64,000 nucleotides of DNA from assembly GCA_963664435.2 (NCBI GenBank), contig CAXXKM010000002.1, forward strand, positions 64,001 to 128,000. Direction: 5' to 3'. This DNA comes from Longimicrobiales bacterium. Lineage in GTDB: Bacteria; Gemmatimonadota; Gemmatimonadetes; Longimicrobiales; Gaopeijiaceae. Positions 40,800 through 50,598 of this stretch are shown piece by piece. Position numbers and translations under genes: made by a program. The notes beneath the pieces are model-generated. The model saw only the letters and a program-made list of their open reading frames with translations, was not told the DNA's origin and searched no databases. Position 1 is the stretch's first letter, and each line of letters begins with the position of its first letter.

Positions 40800-41909
40800 A
40801 TGAGCGTTGAAGTGTCCGCTGGTGAAACGGTCCTGCTGCTGGGTACGACGAAAGGGGCCTTCCTTGCGCGCGCCCGCGGCGACGACGGCGACTGCGGCTG
40901 GGATCTCGCCGGGCCCCACTTCCCGGGCGAGGAAGTGTACGCGATGGCGTACGACGACCGCGCCGGACGTTCGCGCCTGTGGGCGGCGCCGGGCAGTCCC
41001 TTCTGGGGGACGACGCTCCGTTTCTCCGACGACTTCGGGGCGAGCTGGTCCGGCAAGGACGAGCGCTCGGTCAGGTTCCCCGAGGATTCGGAGCTGTCGC
41101 TCAAGCGCATCTGGCAGATCCGGCCGGGTTCGGAGGCGGAACCCGACGTGATCCGGCTGGGCGTCGAGCCGGCGTGTCTCTTCGAGTCACGGGACGCGGG
41201 TGCGACCTGGCAGCCGGTGGAGGGCCTGCTCAACCACCCGCACCGCGAGCGCTGGCAACCGGGGGCGGGCGGGCTCTGCCTGCACACCATCGTCGGGGAC
41301 GGCGGGACGGCCGGGCGCATGATGATCGCCATCTCGGCGGCGGGGGCGTACCGGAGCGACGACGGGGGAGCCACGTGGGTGGCGCGCAACCGGGGCGTGC
41401 GGGCGGAGTTCATGCCCGACAAGCACCCCGAGTTTGGCCAGTGCGTGCACAAGATCGCGCATCATCCCTCGAACCCGGGACGGCTCTTCCTGCAGAACCA
41501 CTGGGGACTCTACCGGAGCGAGGACTGGGGGGATTCCTGGGTGGACATCGCCAACGGGGTTCCCTCGGACTTCGGCTTCGCCATGGCGATGCATCCGGCG
41601 GATCCCGAGACCGTCTACATCGTGCCCATCGAGTCGGACGGGTTCCGCTGTACGCCGGACGCGAAGCTGCGCGTGTACCGGACCCGCGACGGGGGGGCGA
41701 GCTGGCACCCGCTCACCGAGGGTCTCCCGCAGGAGAACGCATACGAGACGGTGCTGCGCGATGCGCTCGCGACGCTGGCGCCCGGGCAGGTGTTCTTCGG
41801 GACGCGCAGCGGCAAGGTGTACGCCTCGGGCGACGACGGCGACTCCTGGGAGCTGGTGCGCGACGGGCTCCCGCCGGTGGTGTGCGTGAAGGCATGCACG
41901 GCGGCGTGA
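40800..41909 (+). CDS. BNR/Asp-box beta-propeller (sialidase/Ycf48-like) protein
   Basis: Repeated 'S.D.G..W' Asp boxes. Confidence 0.88.
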   Translation: MSVEVSAGETVLLLGTTKGAFLARARGDDGDCGWDLAGPHFPGEEVYAMAYDDRAGRSRLWAAPGSPFWGTTLRFSDDFGASWSGKDERSVRFPEDSELSLKRIWQIRPGSEAEPDVIRLGVEPACLFESRDAGATWQPVEGLLNHPHRERWQPGAGGLCLHTIVGDGGTAGRMMIAISAAGAYRSDDGGATWVARNRGVRAEFMPDKHPEFGQCVHKIAHHPSNPGRLFLQNHWGLYRSEDWGDSWVDIANGVPSDFGFAMAMHPADPETVYIVPIESDGFRCTPDAKLRVYRTRDGGASWHPLTEGLPQENAYETVLRDALATLAPGQVFFGTRSGKVYASGDDGDSWELVRDGLPPVVCVKACTAA

Positions 41910-42286
41910 GGATCGTGCTCCCCGAGGCGCTGAGGGAGTTGGCTGGGGGCGCGGGGATGATCGAGCTGTCCGGCGAGGAGGGGGCAGGCGGCGCACCGGC
42001 TCGAGGCGCTGCCGGCAGTTCGGCATCGGTCGGTGGCGGCGCGGGGACGGGGGACGGGGAGCGCGGCACTGCCGATGGCACTCTCGGTACGGTCGGCGGA
42101 GTGCTCGGCGCGCTGCGCGCCTTCCGTCCCGGCCTCTACGACCGCCTCATGACCGAACAGGGTGCGCTGCGGCCCCATGTGAACATCTTCGTGGACGGGG
42201 AGAACATCCGCTTCACCGGCGGCCTCGGGACGCGGGTCGGGGCCGGCAGCGAGATCTTCGTGCTTCCCGCGATCAGCGGCGGATGA
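41906..42286 (+). CDS. MoaD/ThiS ubiquitin-like protein with Gly-rich insertion
   Basis: GTG overlaps the upstream TGA; 'RPHVNIFVDGE...LPAISGG' C-terminus. Confidence 0.85.
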   Translation: MRIVLPEALRELAGGAGMIELSGEEGAGGAPARGAAGSSASVGGGAGTGDGERGTADGTLGTVGGVLGALRAFRPGLYDRLMTEQGALRPHVNIFVDGENIRFTGGLGTRVGAGSEIFVLPAISGG

Positions 42287-42299
42287 GGGGGCGCTGCGC

Positions 42300-42971
42300 A
42301 TGACCCCTGCCCGTTCCTTTTCCTTCGAGGTCGCCGGCGGCTCCGTCTCGGCGTTGCTGCTGCGGCCGCGTGACGCACGGGCCCTGCTGGTCCTCGGGCA
42401 CGGTGCGGGCGCGGGCATGCGGCACGTCTTCATGGAGGAGATGGCGGAGGCGCTGGGCGAGCGCGGGGTCGCCACCTTCCGCTACCAGTTCCCCTACATG
42501 GAGGCGGGGCGGCGATATCCCAACCCGCAACGCATCCTGACCGCCACGGTGCGGCGGGCGGTGGCGGCGGCCCACGCGGCCGCGCCCGATCTGCCGCTGT
42601 TCGCGGGGGGCAAGTCGATGGGCGGCCGCATGACCTCCCTGGCGGCGGCGGACGCTCCTCTCGCGGGCGTGCGCGGGATCGCCTTCCTGGGCTTTCCCCT
42701 GCACGGCATCGGCAAGCCGCCCGGCATCGAGCGGAGCGAGCATCTCCACCGGGTCGAGCTACCCCTGCTGTTCGTCCAGGGCACGCGCGACCGGCTGGCC
42801 AACCTGGACTTCCTGTGTCCGGTGGTCGAGCAGCTGGGGTCCCGCGCGACGCTGCATGTGGTCGAGGGCGGGGACCACTCGTTCAAGGTGCTCAAGAGAA
42901 GCGGGCGCGCGCACGAGGAAGTGATGGCGGAGGTGGCCGACGCGGTGGCGGGGTGGATCCGGTCGCGGTGA
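42300..42971 (+). CDS. Alpha/beta hydrolase (KANL3/Tex30-like)
   Basis: 'GHGAGAGM', 'GGKSMGGR', 'QGTRD' and 'GDHSF'. Confidence 0.9.
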   Translation: MTPARSFSFEVAGGSVSALLLRPRDARALLVLGHGAGAGMRHVFMEEMAEALGERGVATFRYQFPYMEAGRRYPNPQRILTATVRRAVAAAHAAAPDLPLFAGGKSMGGRMTSLAAADAPLAGVRGIAFLGFPLHGIGKPPGIERSEHLHRVELPLLFVQGTRDRLANLDFLCPVVEQLGSRATLHVVEGGDHSFKVLKRSGRAHEEVMAEVADAVAGWIRSR

Positions 42972-42978
42972 CCGCCGG

Positions 42979-45513
42979 CTAGCCCAGCCAGCGCATCAAC
43001 CGTTCCAACGCGGCCACGAGGTCGGGCTCCTCTTCCAGCACCGGGGCCAGCGGGTCCCTTCCCAGTACGGCCATGCGCGCGGGCGCCGTCCGAATGGTGT
43101 GGTGTTCGATGGCCAGTCCCTTCTCCACCTCGCTCCACTCGAGCGGCATGGAAACCGGGGCGCCGGGCTTGGGCCGCACGCAGAAGGGCGCCGCGATCAG
43201 CTTGCCGTGGCCGTTCTGCAGGTAGTCCAGGTAGACCTTGCCCTCCCGGCGGCTCACCCGCCGCTCCACCGTGGCGATCTCCGGCCGCTCGACCGCGACC
43301 ACACGGCTCATCACCCCGCCGAACAGTTGTGACTGCTCGTAGGTGCACCGCCGTCCCAGCGGGATGAGGACATGCAGCCCGGACGAGCCGCTGGTCTTCA
43401 CGTAGCTCGACAGCCCCGCCTCCTCGCACACCCCGCGGATGCACCGCGCCACTTCGATCACATCGGCGAAGGAAGCCTCCTTGGGATCCAGGTCCAGCAC
43501 GCACCAGTCCGGGCGGGACGGCGTCTCCAGGCGGCTGTGCCAGATGTGGAGCGGAATGGTGCCCATGTTCGCAATGTAGAGGATGGCCTCCGGCGAATCG
43601 GCCACGAAATAGTTCAGATCGCGTCCCGAGCTCTCCGAGAAGACGGTCTCGGTGCGCAGCCACTCGGGCGCCCACTCAGGCGCGTCCTTCTGGTAGAACG
43701 ACTTGCCGTCGATGCCGTCCGGGTAGCGGGTCATGACCAGCGCGCGGTCCGCCAGATACGGAAGCAGCCAGGGCGAGATGGCGCGGTAGTAGTCGATCAG
43801 GTCGCCCTTGGTATAGCCCTCCGCGGGCCAGAACACCTTGTCCAGGTTGGTGAAGTGCACCTCGCGCGCGACGCTCGGAGCGCGCACCGGAAGGGGCTCG
43901 GGCAGCGTCTCAAGCAGTGCATCGTCCCTCTCGAGGATGCACTCCCGCGGCTGTTTGTCCTCGCGGAAGCGCACGAAGGACGGATGCCGCAGCTGGCCCG
44001 CCTCGGTGCGCTCCTTGTAACGCACCTCCGCGACCAGTTCGGGGTGAACCCAGCGCTGCGTCCGGCCGGCCACGAAGGTCCCTTCTCCCGTCGCCGGACA
44101 CTCCCCGACCTCCATCTCGATGAGCATCTCGCGGATTTCGCCGAGCTCCCCGGCCGTGAAGCCCGTGCCGACGCTGCCCGCGTGCACCAGCGTGTCGCCT
44201 TCGTAGCGCGCCAGGTGCAGCGAACTCAGCCCGGGCCGCGAATCCTCGGGCTCCGACCAGCCGACGACGACGAAGTCCCCGGCCTCCATCGCCCGGATCT
44301 TCATCCAGGAGCCCGAACGGGCCGAGACGTAAATGCTGTCCTCCCTCTTGGCGACGATGCCCTCCAGGCGCATCTGCGTGACGTGTTCGTACATCACTTC
44401 GCCCGCCTCCGCGATGTGGTCGCAGAAGTGCAGCGGCCCCGCCGGAGGGAGCACCTCGCGCAGCACTCGCTTGCGCGCCAGCAGGGGCAGGGCGCGCAGG
44501 TCAAGGTCGCCCACCGCCAGCAGGTCGAAGACGTACATGCGCGCCGGAAGCTCGACCGCCGCGCGCTGGATGTCGGCGTGGTTCTGCAGGCGGCCCCGCT
44601 TCTGCAGCCGGGCGAAGCTGGGCAGGCCCGCGGCGTCGTGGACCACCACCTCGCCGTCGACGATCACATGGCCGAACGGGAGACCGCGCACGGCCCGGGC
44701 GATCTCCGGGAAGGTCGCGGTGAGATCGTTGCCGTTTCTGGACCAGAGCACCGCCTCGCCCGCCTTGCGGGCGGCGATGATGCGGTAGCCGTCGTACTTG
44801 ATTTCGAACACCCATCCCCGGCGCGTGAACGGGGTTTCCCGCGAGGCTGCGAGCATCGGGCGCACCGCGCGGGAGTCGACGCGGCCCTCGCGCGCGCCCA
44901 GCTCCCGGGCCAGTTTCTCGACTGCGGCCTGGCGCCGCTCCGGGTGCGCGACCTCGTCCACCGCGAGCCCCGAATAGACGGATTCCACCGGATAGGCCTC
45001 GGTGCCGCGCTCATCCACCCAGGCATCCGTCTCCTTGATCAGGAGCCACGAGTTCTCGGACTGGCGCGTCTTCACCAGAGTCCAGCGGCCGTTCAGCTTG
45101 AAGCCGCGCAGATCGAAGAGCAGCTTCCCGCTTTCGAGCCCGGCGCGCGGGTCCTCGACCGGCACCCACACCCCCTTGTCCCAGAGGATGACCGAGCCCG
45201 CTCCGTAGTTGCCCTCCGGAATCACGCCTTCGAATTCCGCATAATCAAGCGGATGGTCCTCGACGTGGACGGCCATGCGCTTGTCCTGCGGATTGGGCGA
45301 TGGCCCTCTGGGCACGGCCCACGAGAGGAGCACCCCGTCCAACTCCAGCCGGAAATCCCAGTGCAGGCGCGTGGCGTCGTGCTGCTGAACGACGAACAGG
45401 CGGCTCCCGGCGAGCGCCGCGCCGCCGAAGGGCTCCGGAGTGCGGGAGGCCTGCCGCTTGGCGCGGTACTCGGCGAGCTTGTCGCCGGACGTCTTGCCGA
45501 GCCCCGGAGTCAT
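42979..45513 (-). CDS. ligD: DNA ligase D (phosphoesterase-ligase-polymerase)
   Basis: 'HWDFRLE', 'EIKYDGYR', 'EGIVAK', 'DLDP' and 'KTSGSSGLH'. Confidence 0.96.
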   Translation of the reverse strand: MTPGLGKTSGDKLAEYRAKRQASRTPEPFGGAALAGSRLFVVQQHDATRLHWDFRLELDGVLLSWAVPRGPSPNPQDKRMAVHVEDHPLDYAEFEGVIPEGNYGAGSVILWDKGVWVPVEDPRAGLESGKLLFDLRGFKLNGRWTLVKTRQSENSWLLIKETDAWVDERGTEAYPVESVYSGLAVDEVAHPERRQAAVEKLARELGAREGRVDSRAVRPMLAASRETPFTRRGWVFEIKYDGYRIIAARKAGEAVLWSRNGNDLTATFPEIARAVRGLPFGHVIVDGEVVVHDAAGLPSFARLQKRGRLQNHADIQRAAVELPARMYVFDLLAVGDLDLRALPLLARKRVLREVLPPAGPLHFCDHIAEAGEVMYEHVTQMRLEGIVAKREDSIYVSARSGSWMKIRAMEAGDFVVVGWSEPEDSRPGLSSLHLARYEGDTLVHAGSVGTGFTAGELGEIREMLIEMEVGECPATGEGTFVAGRTQRWVHPELVAEVRYKERTEAGQLRHPSFVRFREDKQPRECILERDDALLETLPEPLPVRAPSVAREVHFTNLDKVFWPAEGYTKGDLIDYYRAISPWLLPYLADRALVMTRYPDGIDGKSFYQKDAPEWAPEWLRTETVFSESSGRDLNYFVADSPEAILYIANMGTIPLHIWHSRLETPSRPDWCVLDLDPKEASFADVIEVARCIRGVCEEAGLSSYVKTSGSSGLHVLIPLGRRCTYEQSQLFGGVMSRVVAVERPEIATVERRVSRREGKVYLDYLQNGHGKLIAAPFCVRPKPGAPVSMPLEWSEVEKGLAIEHHTIRTAPARMAVLGRDPLAPVLEEEPDLVAALERLMRWLG

Positions 45514-45655
45514 GCGAACGCGGAGCCCGGCCGGAGCCCGCGCGACCCCGAAGAGGCGGGACAGCCCGCCGCGGCCCTCACCTTCCGGTTGCCTGCCCCG
45601 TCAACCATCATGTAACCTCCCCTGCCAGTTTCGGATACCGATTCCCGGGGACATC

Positions 45656-46480
45656 ATGGCCGCACGAGCGATCGGAACCTCCAGCATTTCCTTCGGTCTC
45701 GTCACGATCCCGGTCAAGCTGTTCGCGACGAGCAAGTCGAGCGCGCGCGTCAGCTTCAACTGGGTCGACCGCAAGACCGGGGTGCGGGTGCGTCAGCAGT
45801 ACTTCAACCCCGAAAACGGGGAAGTCGTGCCCAAGGAAGACATGGTCAAGGGATACCAGTTCGCCAAGAACCAGTTCGTGCTCTTCGAGCCCGACGAGCT
45901 GAAGGTGCTGGAGCAGCCCAAGACCGATTCCATCGAGATCGCCGAGTTCGTGCCGGCGGAGGAAGTGGAGCGCGTGTACCAGGACCGGGCCTACTACCTC
46001 GGGCCGGACCGGGGCGGCGCCCGCGCCTACCGCCTGCTCGCGGCCGCGCTGGAGCAGACCGGCCGCGTCGCCGTGGCCCGCTTCGCCACCCGCGGCAAGC
46101 AGTACCTGGTCATGGTGCGCCCGTACAAGAGCGGGCTCATGCTCGAACAGATGCGCTACGAGGCCGAAGTCCGCGCCTGGGAGGAAGTGCCCGTCGAAGA
46201 GGGGGACATCAACCCTGCGGAACTCGACCTGGCGGTCCAGATGATCGAGCAGAAAACCGCGGATGAATTTCAGCCCTCCGACTACAGGGATGAAGTGCGC
46301 GAGCGCCAGCTCGAACTCATCCAGCAGAAGATCGACGGCGAGCAGATCACGGTCGCGCCTTCGGCCGAGCCGCAGGCCCAGATCATCGACCTCATGGCGG
46401 CGCTGAAGGCGAGCATCGCGGGCGAGGGCGGGGAAGCGGCGGACGCCGGGCAACCCGTGCGGAAGGCAGCCTCTGGCTGA
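45656..46480 (+). CDS. ku: Ku protein
   Basis: 'ISFGLVTIPVKL', 'VKGYQ' and 'IIDLMAALKAS'; divergent from ligD. Confidence 0.95.
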   Translation: MAARAIGTSSISFGLVTIPVKLFATSKSSARVSFNWVDRKTGVRVRQQYFNPENGEVVPKEDMVKGYQFAKNQFVLFEPDELKVLEQPKTDSIEIAEFVPAEEVERVYQDRAYYLGPDRGGARAYRLLAAALEQTGRVAVARFATRGKQYLVMVRPYKSGLMLEQMRYEAEVRAWEEVPVEEGDINPAELDLAVQMIEQKTADEFQPSDYRDEVRERQLELIQQKIDGEQITVAPSAEPQAQIIDLMAALKASIAGEGGEAADAGQPVRKAASG

Positions 46481-46514
46481 GATACGTCACGCGACGGGGT
46501 GACGGCTCCCGCCC

Positions 46515-46595
46515 TCACTGCGGTTCCGGCATGACGCGCTTGAGGTACTGATCGAACAAGGGTACGGTGAAGGCCGTGTCGCCGTGAGCCGGACT
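46515..46595 (-). pseudogene. C-terminal remnant of an ATP-binding (AAA/wHTH) protein
   Basis: Minus strand reads SPAHGDTAFTVPLFDQYLKRVMPEPQ*, resembling a recalled conserved C-terminus; not in the ORF track. Confidence 0.6.
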
Positions 46596-46599
46596 AATC

Positions 46600-47571
46600 C
46601 TAGTCGATCCCCCCGCCCGGCTGCGCGGCGCTCTCCACCCGTATCGACAGGATGTCGATGTCGTGGTACTGCTGGTGGCGTATGGATGAGGCGTAGTGGC
46701 GGAGAAGCCTTAGCGGGATTTCCGACCCGGAGCTCGGACCTCCCTCGCTCAGCATCACCAGCTGGTCCTCGATGTTGGTTTCGTCGGTGGTCGCGATGAA
46801 CTCGAGGTCGGCCGCGTCCCCGTCGTTGCCAGCGATGAGAAGCAGGCGCCGCTCCTCTCCCTCGGTCTCCTCGTCTCCGCGCATGAGGATCTGGACGGTC
46901 TCCTCGCCCACGGCGCGCAGGCGCCGCTCCATGTCCTCGCCCCAGCGCTTGCGTGCAGCGAACTTCACCATGAAGTCATCGATCTCGGACCAGATCGCCG
47001 GCGTCATCCGGGTCTTCAGACGCGACCGCCGTCCCCCGACCAGCTCTTCGAACATCGCCAGCAGGATGACGGTGAAGCCGCCGACGGTCATGCCGTTGCC
47101 GAGAATCTCGCCCCATATGCCCGGGAAGTACTCCGGGTAGATCCAATCGAACTGAAACGCGAGGCCGATCCAGAACGCTACGCCCACCACGAGGCCCTTG
47201 CGGAAGTCCAGGCCCTCCTGCAGCAGGATCTTCATTCCGAAGACGAAGATCAGGGCCACGATGATGATGAAGTATGCCGCGACCACGGGCCCCGGGATCG
47301 CGATGATCAGGTTGATGAACTTCGGCAGAAACGCGAGCGACACGAAGACGATGCCGACGCAGACACCGATCCGGCGGGCGGCGACGCCGGTGAGTTCGGC
47401 GACGCTGATGCTCATGCCGTAGGTGGTGTTCGGAACCGTTCCCGTGAGGCCGGAGAGCAGGTTGCCCAGCCCATCGGCGGAGATCGCCCCCTGGATGGAG
47501 CGGAAGTCGATCGCGCGCGGCCTGCGCCACGACACTCGCTGGATGGCGATGGCGTCCCCGAGCGTGTCCAG
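46600..47571 (-). pseudogene. 5'-truncated NCS2 (xanthine/uracil permease) family gene
   Basis: 'ADGLGNLLSGL.G..PNTTY' and 'AFLPKF'; the N-terminal half is replaced by an element end. Confidence 0.8.
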
Positions 47572-47656
47572 CAAGCACTATGAAGTTTGTATCGTGTTGT
47601 GCCTGTTTGTGTTAGGTATTCGGCGGACGAAATTACCGCTGTTTGATTCCCGCCGA
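47571..47656. mobile_element. Putative att/end region of integrase element 1
   Basis: CCGCTGTTTGATTCCCGCCGA (47636-47656) with CTA 58 nt to the left; aligns to 48665-48750. Confidence 0.65.
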
Positions 47657-47666
47657 TTGCGAAATC

Positions 47667-48664
47667 TCAGGCGCGAGCCCTCGGGCGGCTTTCCAGAGCC
47701 GTCCTGAGCCGTCCCGCGTCGGGCCTCTGGTAGCACCTGAGCACCGTGTGTGCGTTCTTCCAGCCGCCAAGCTCGCAGAGCACCTTGAGCGGCAGTTCCA
47801 TGAGGTCGCTGGCAAACTTGCGCCTCAGCGAGTGCCAACTCCGCCCCCGCTTCGGCTCCAGCCCCGCGAGGGTCTGCGCCCTGCACCACAGGCGGTAGGC
47901 CCATGCGCGGCCCATGCACCGGGAGGCATCCTCCGCCGCGGGCAGCACTGGAGCGTCGCCCGTTCCCGCGCCCAAGCTCCGTGCCTCCTCCAAGGCCGCG
48001 ACCGCCTCGTCGGTCACCGGCGTGGTGTGTTCGTAACCGGTCTTCTCGTGCTCGGCCCTCCACCGGATGGTCCTGCCCTCAAGGTCGATGTCCGTCCACC
48101 TCAGTTGACGGATCGCCCCGATCCGGTGCCCCGTCTCGTGGGCGAGCACCAGCGCGACGTGGAATCGCCAATCGACCCGCCGAGAGACCCCGAGCAGCGC
48201 CCGGTACTCGTCGTCGGTGAGGACGACCCGGTTGGGGTTCTTCTCCGTGGGCTTCCTGAGGCCCTTCAGCGGATTCCTGTCGAGGAGCAGGCGGCCCCGG
48301 TCGTCCCTAGACCTTGCGGCCCAGTTGAGGACCGCGACCAGGAACGTCAGGTCGTGTTCGACCATCCGGTCGGACACGGGCTTGCCGCTGGGGCCGATCC
48401 TCCCGGCGCGGCGCTCCTGGATGAACCGGTCCCAATCGCGCCGCGACAGAGTCGCCGGGTCCCGGTCCCCGCCGAAGAACTGGAGGAACATGGTTGTCGC
48501 GGTCCTGTCCCGGCACCGGACCCGCTCCGTTTTGGAGGGCGTCACCTCCTCTCCGTAGATTTCAAAAAGCGTACCCAGAGTGAGCGGCTCGGGCTCGGCG
48601 TCCTTCTTGCCGTTCATCTCCGGCGTCGCGAAATCGGCGGCGGCCTCGTCGGCCTGCCGCTTCG
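47667..48664 (-). pseudogene. Tyrosine recombinase/integrase, N-terminally truncated
   Basis: 'ETGHRIGA', 'HSLRR' and 'LRCY'; lacks the ~55-aa N-terminus of its neighbour. Confidence 0.85.
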
Positions 48665-48750
48665 ACATGAGCTAGCAGATTCACATCTTACTGTGATCGT
48701 TGAGCTTACGGGATTCGGAGATGTCGTTCCCGCTGTTTGATTCCCGCCGA
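48665..48750. mobile_element. Putative att/end region of integrase element 2
   Basis: Identical 21-mer (48730-48750) with CTA 58 nt to the left (48672). Confidence 0.65.
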
Positions 48751-48761
48751 ATCGACCGGGA

Positions 48762-49922
48762 TCAGGTGCGGAGCCTCGGGCGGCTTTCCAGAGCCTTCCT
48801 GAGTTGTCCCGTGTCGGCCTGCTGGTAGCAGCGCAAAACCGTCTGGGCCTCCTTCCAGCCACCGAGTTCGCAGAGCACCTTCAGCGGAAGGTCCATGAGG
48901 TCGGACGCGAATTTCCGCCTCAGCGAGTGCCAACCACGCCCGCGCTTGCGTCCCAGCCCCGCAACGTCTTCGGCTCTGTTCCACCAGTAGCGGACCGGCG
49001 ACTTGCCCATGCACTTCGAGGCATCCCTGGACGCGGGCAACACCGGCGCGTCTCCGTTTCCGGGCTTCCTGCGCTGCGCCTCTTCCAAGGCGGCGAGCGC
49101 CTCGGCGGTCACGGGCGTGCGGTGCTCGTATCCGCTCTTCTCGTGCTCGGCGCGCCACAGGATCGTCCTGTCCTCGAAGTCGATGTCAGTCCACCTGAGG
49201 TTGCGGATGGCACCGATCCGGTGACCGGTTTCGTGAGCGAGCACGAGCGCGACGTGGAACCGCCAGTCGACCCGGCGGGACACTCGTAGCATCGCGTCGT
49301 ATTCCTCGTCGGAAAGGACGATCCGCGTCGGGTTCTTCTCCCTGGGCAGCTTGAGCCCTCGCAGCGGATTCGAGTCGAGCAGCAGACGGCCCTGCTCGTC
49401 CCTCGATTTGGAAGCCCAGTTGAGGACCGCGATCAGGAACTTCAGGTCGTTCTCGATCGTCCGATTCAACACCGGCCGGCCGCTCGGTCCGAGCCTGCCC
49501 GCGCGGCGCTCCCGGATGAACCGGTCCCAGTCCCGCTTCGACAGCGTCTCGGGTCTTCGGTTTGGCCCGAGGAAGTCGAGGAACATCCGCATCTGCATTC
49601 CGTCCCGCTGCCGAGTCTTCTCGCTCTTGGTGGGCGTCACCTCCTCGCCGTAGATTTCAAAAAGCGTTTCCAGAGTGAGCGGCTCGGGCTCGGCTTCCGC
49701 CTTGCCGTTGGGCTCGTGGACCGCGAAGCCAGCCGCAACCTCGTCCGCCTGCCTCTTGGCCCTCGGCCAGTCACGGTGCCCCAGCGACCTCGTGAGCCTG
49801 CGCCCGTTATCGCGCCACTCGATCTGGTATCGGCCGGTCTTGGGATCGGCGAACACCCTCACCCGGTTGCGGCCCCATTCGCCGGCGCTGTAGCTGCGCC
49901 GACTTCGTTTCGTGCGTGCCAT
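48762..49922 (-). CDS. Tyrosine recombinase/integrase (full length)
   Basis: MARTKRSRRSYSAGEW...; R, HxxR and Y catalytic motifs; GAGAGGA RBS. Confidence 0.92.
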   Translation of the reverse strand: MARTKRSRRSYSAGEWGRNRVRVFADPKTGRYQIEWRDNGRRLTRSLGHRDWPRAKRQADEVAAGFAVHEPNGKAEAEPEPLTLETLFEIYGEEVTPTKSEKTRQRDGMQMRMFLDFLGPNRRPETLSKRDWDRFIRERRAGRLGPSGRPVLNRTIENDLKFLIAVLNWASKSRDEQGRLLLDSNPLRGLKLPREKNPTRIVLSDEEYDAMLRVSRRVDWRFHVALVLAHETGHRIGAIRNLRWTDIDFEDRTILWRAEHEKSGYEHRTPVTAEALAALEEAQRRKPGNGDAPVLPASRDASKCMGKSPVRYWWNRAEDVAGLGRKRGRGWHSLRRKFASDLMDLPLKVLCELGGWKEAQTVLRCYQQADTGQLRKALESRPRLRT

Positions 49923-50598
49923 CATTCGATTCCTCTCGCGATGGACCGCACGATCTGCGCGAAGGAAACTTGGCACACGGCGGGCTTCTTGACCAGCGCG
50001 GGGAGATGCTCTCCCGAGCCGATCCGAAGGGCGGATTCTGCGCGGTTCGGGGCCGTAGCGCGGGTGTCCGTTCGACATCTGAGGCGGGCGGACAAGAAAT
50101 CGTGTTTCCAACGGACAGTCTGCGGACCCGCCATATCGTTGGACGGCTTGCGTTTGTGCCTCGGCAAGATGAGCGGTCGCGGCACGCGGGCGCTGGCGGC
50201 CGTGGCTGGAGCGACCCGCCACTTTCGATGCCCGGCGTGCCATCGAGGAGTTCGCCATCGGACACGCCGATGCCGTCCTCCGCGTGGAGGTCGCTCCAGT
50301 CCAGCAATCCCTTTCGGGGAAGGGCGGCCCGAGATCCGCAGATGATGGTCGCCGATGGTTTGGAGGCCGCCTTGAGCCTTCCAGCCGTGGTAAGGCGCTC
50401 GCGCCCGCCGTTGTGCGCACCGTACCAAGGAGCGGGTGGACCGGCCCGCCTCGCCGGGTCGATCTTGCAGACAAACGCGAACGGTGCCGAATCTTGGTGG
50501 GACGTGGGAAGCGGCGGCAGGCCGCCCCCTTCCCACCGTTGCCGCATCCCACCGCAAGGCGGAGGGAGAGAGACCCATCCCCGCAAGGAGGAACCGCC

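Noticed and set aside
46481..47670. tRNA/tmRNA integration site
   Set aside because: No tRNA-like sequence seen; junctions fall in protein genes.
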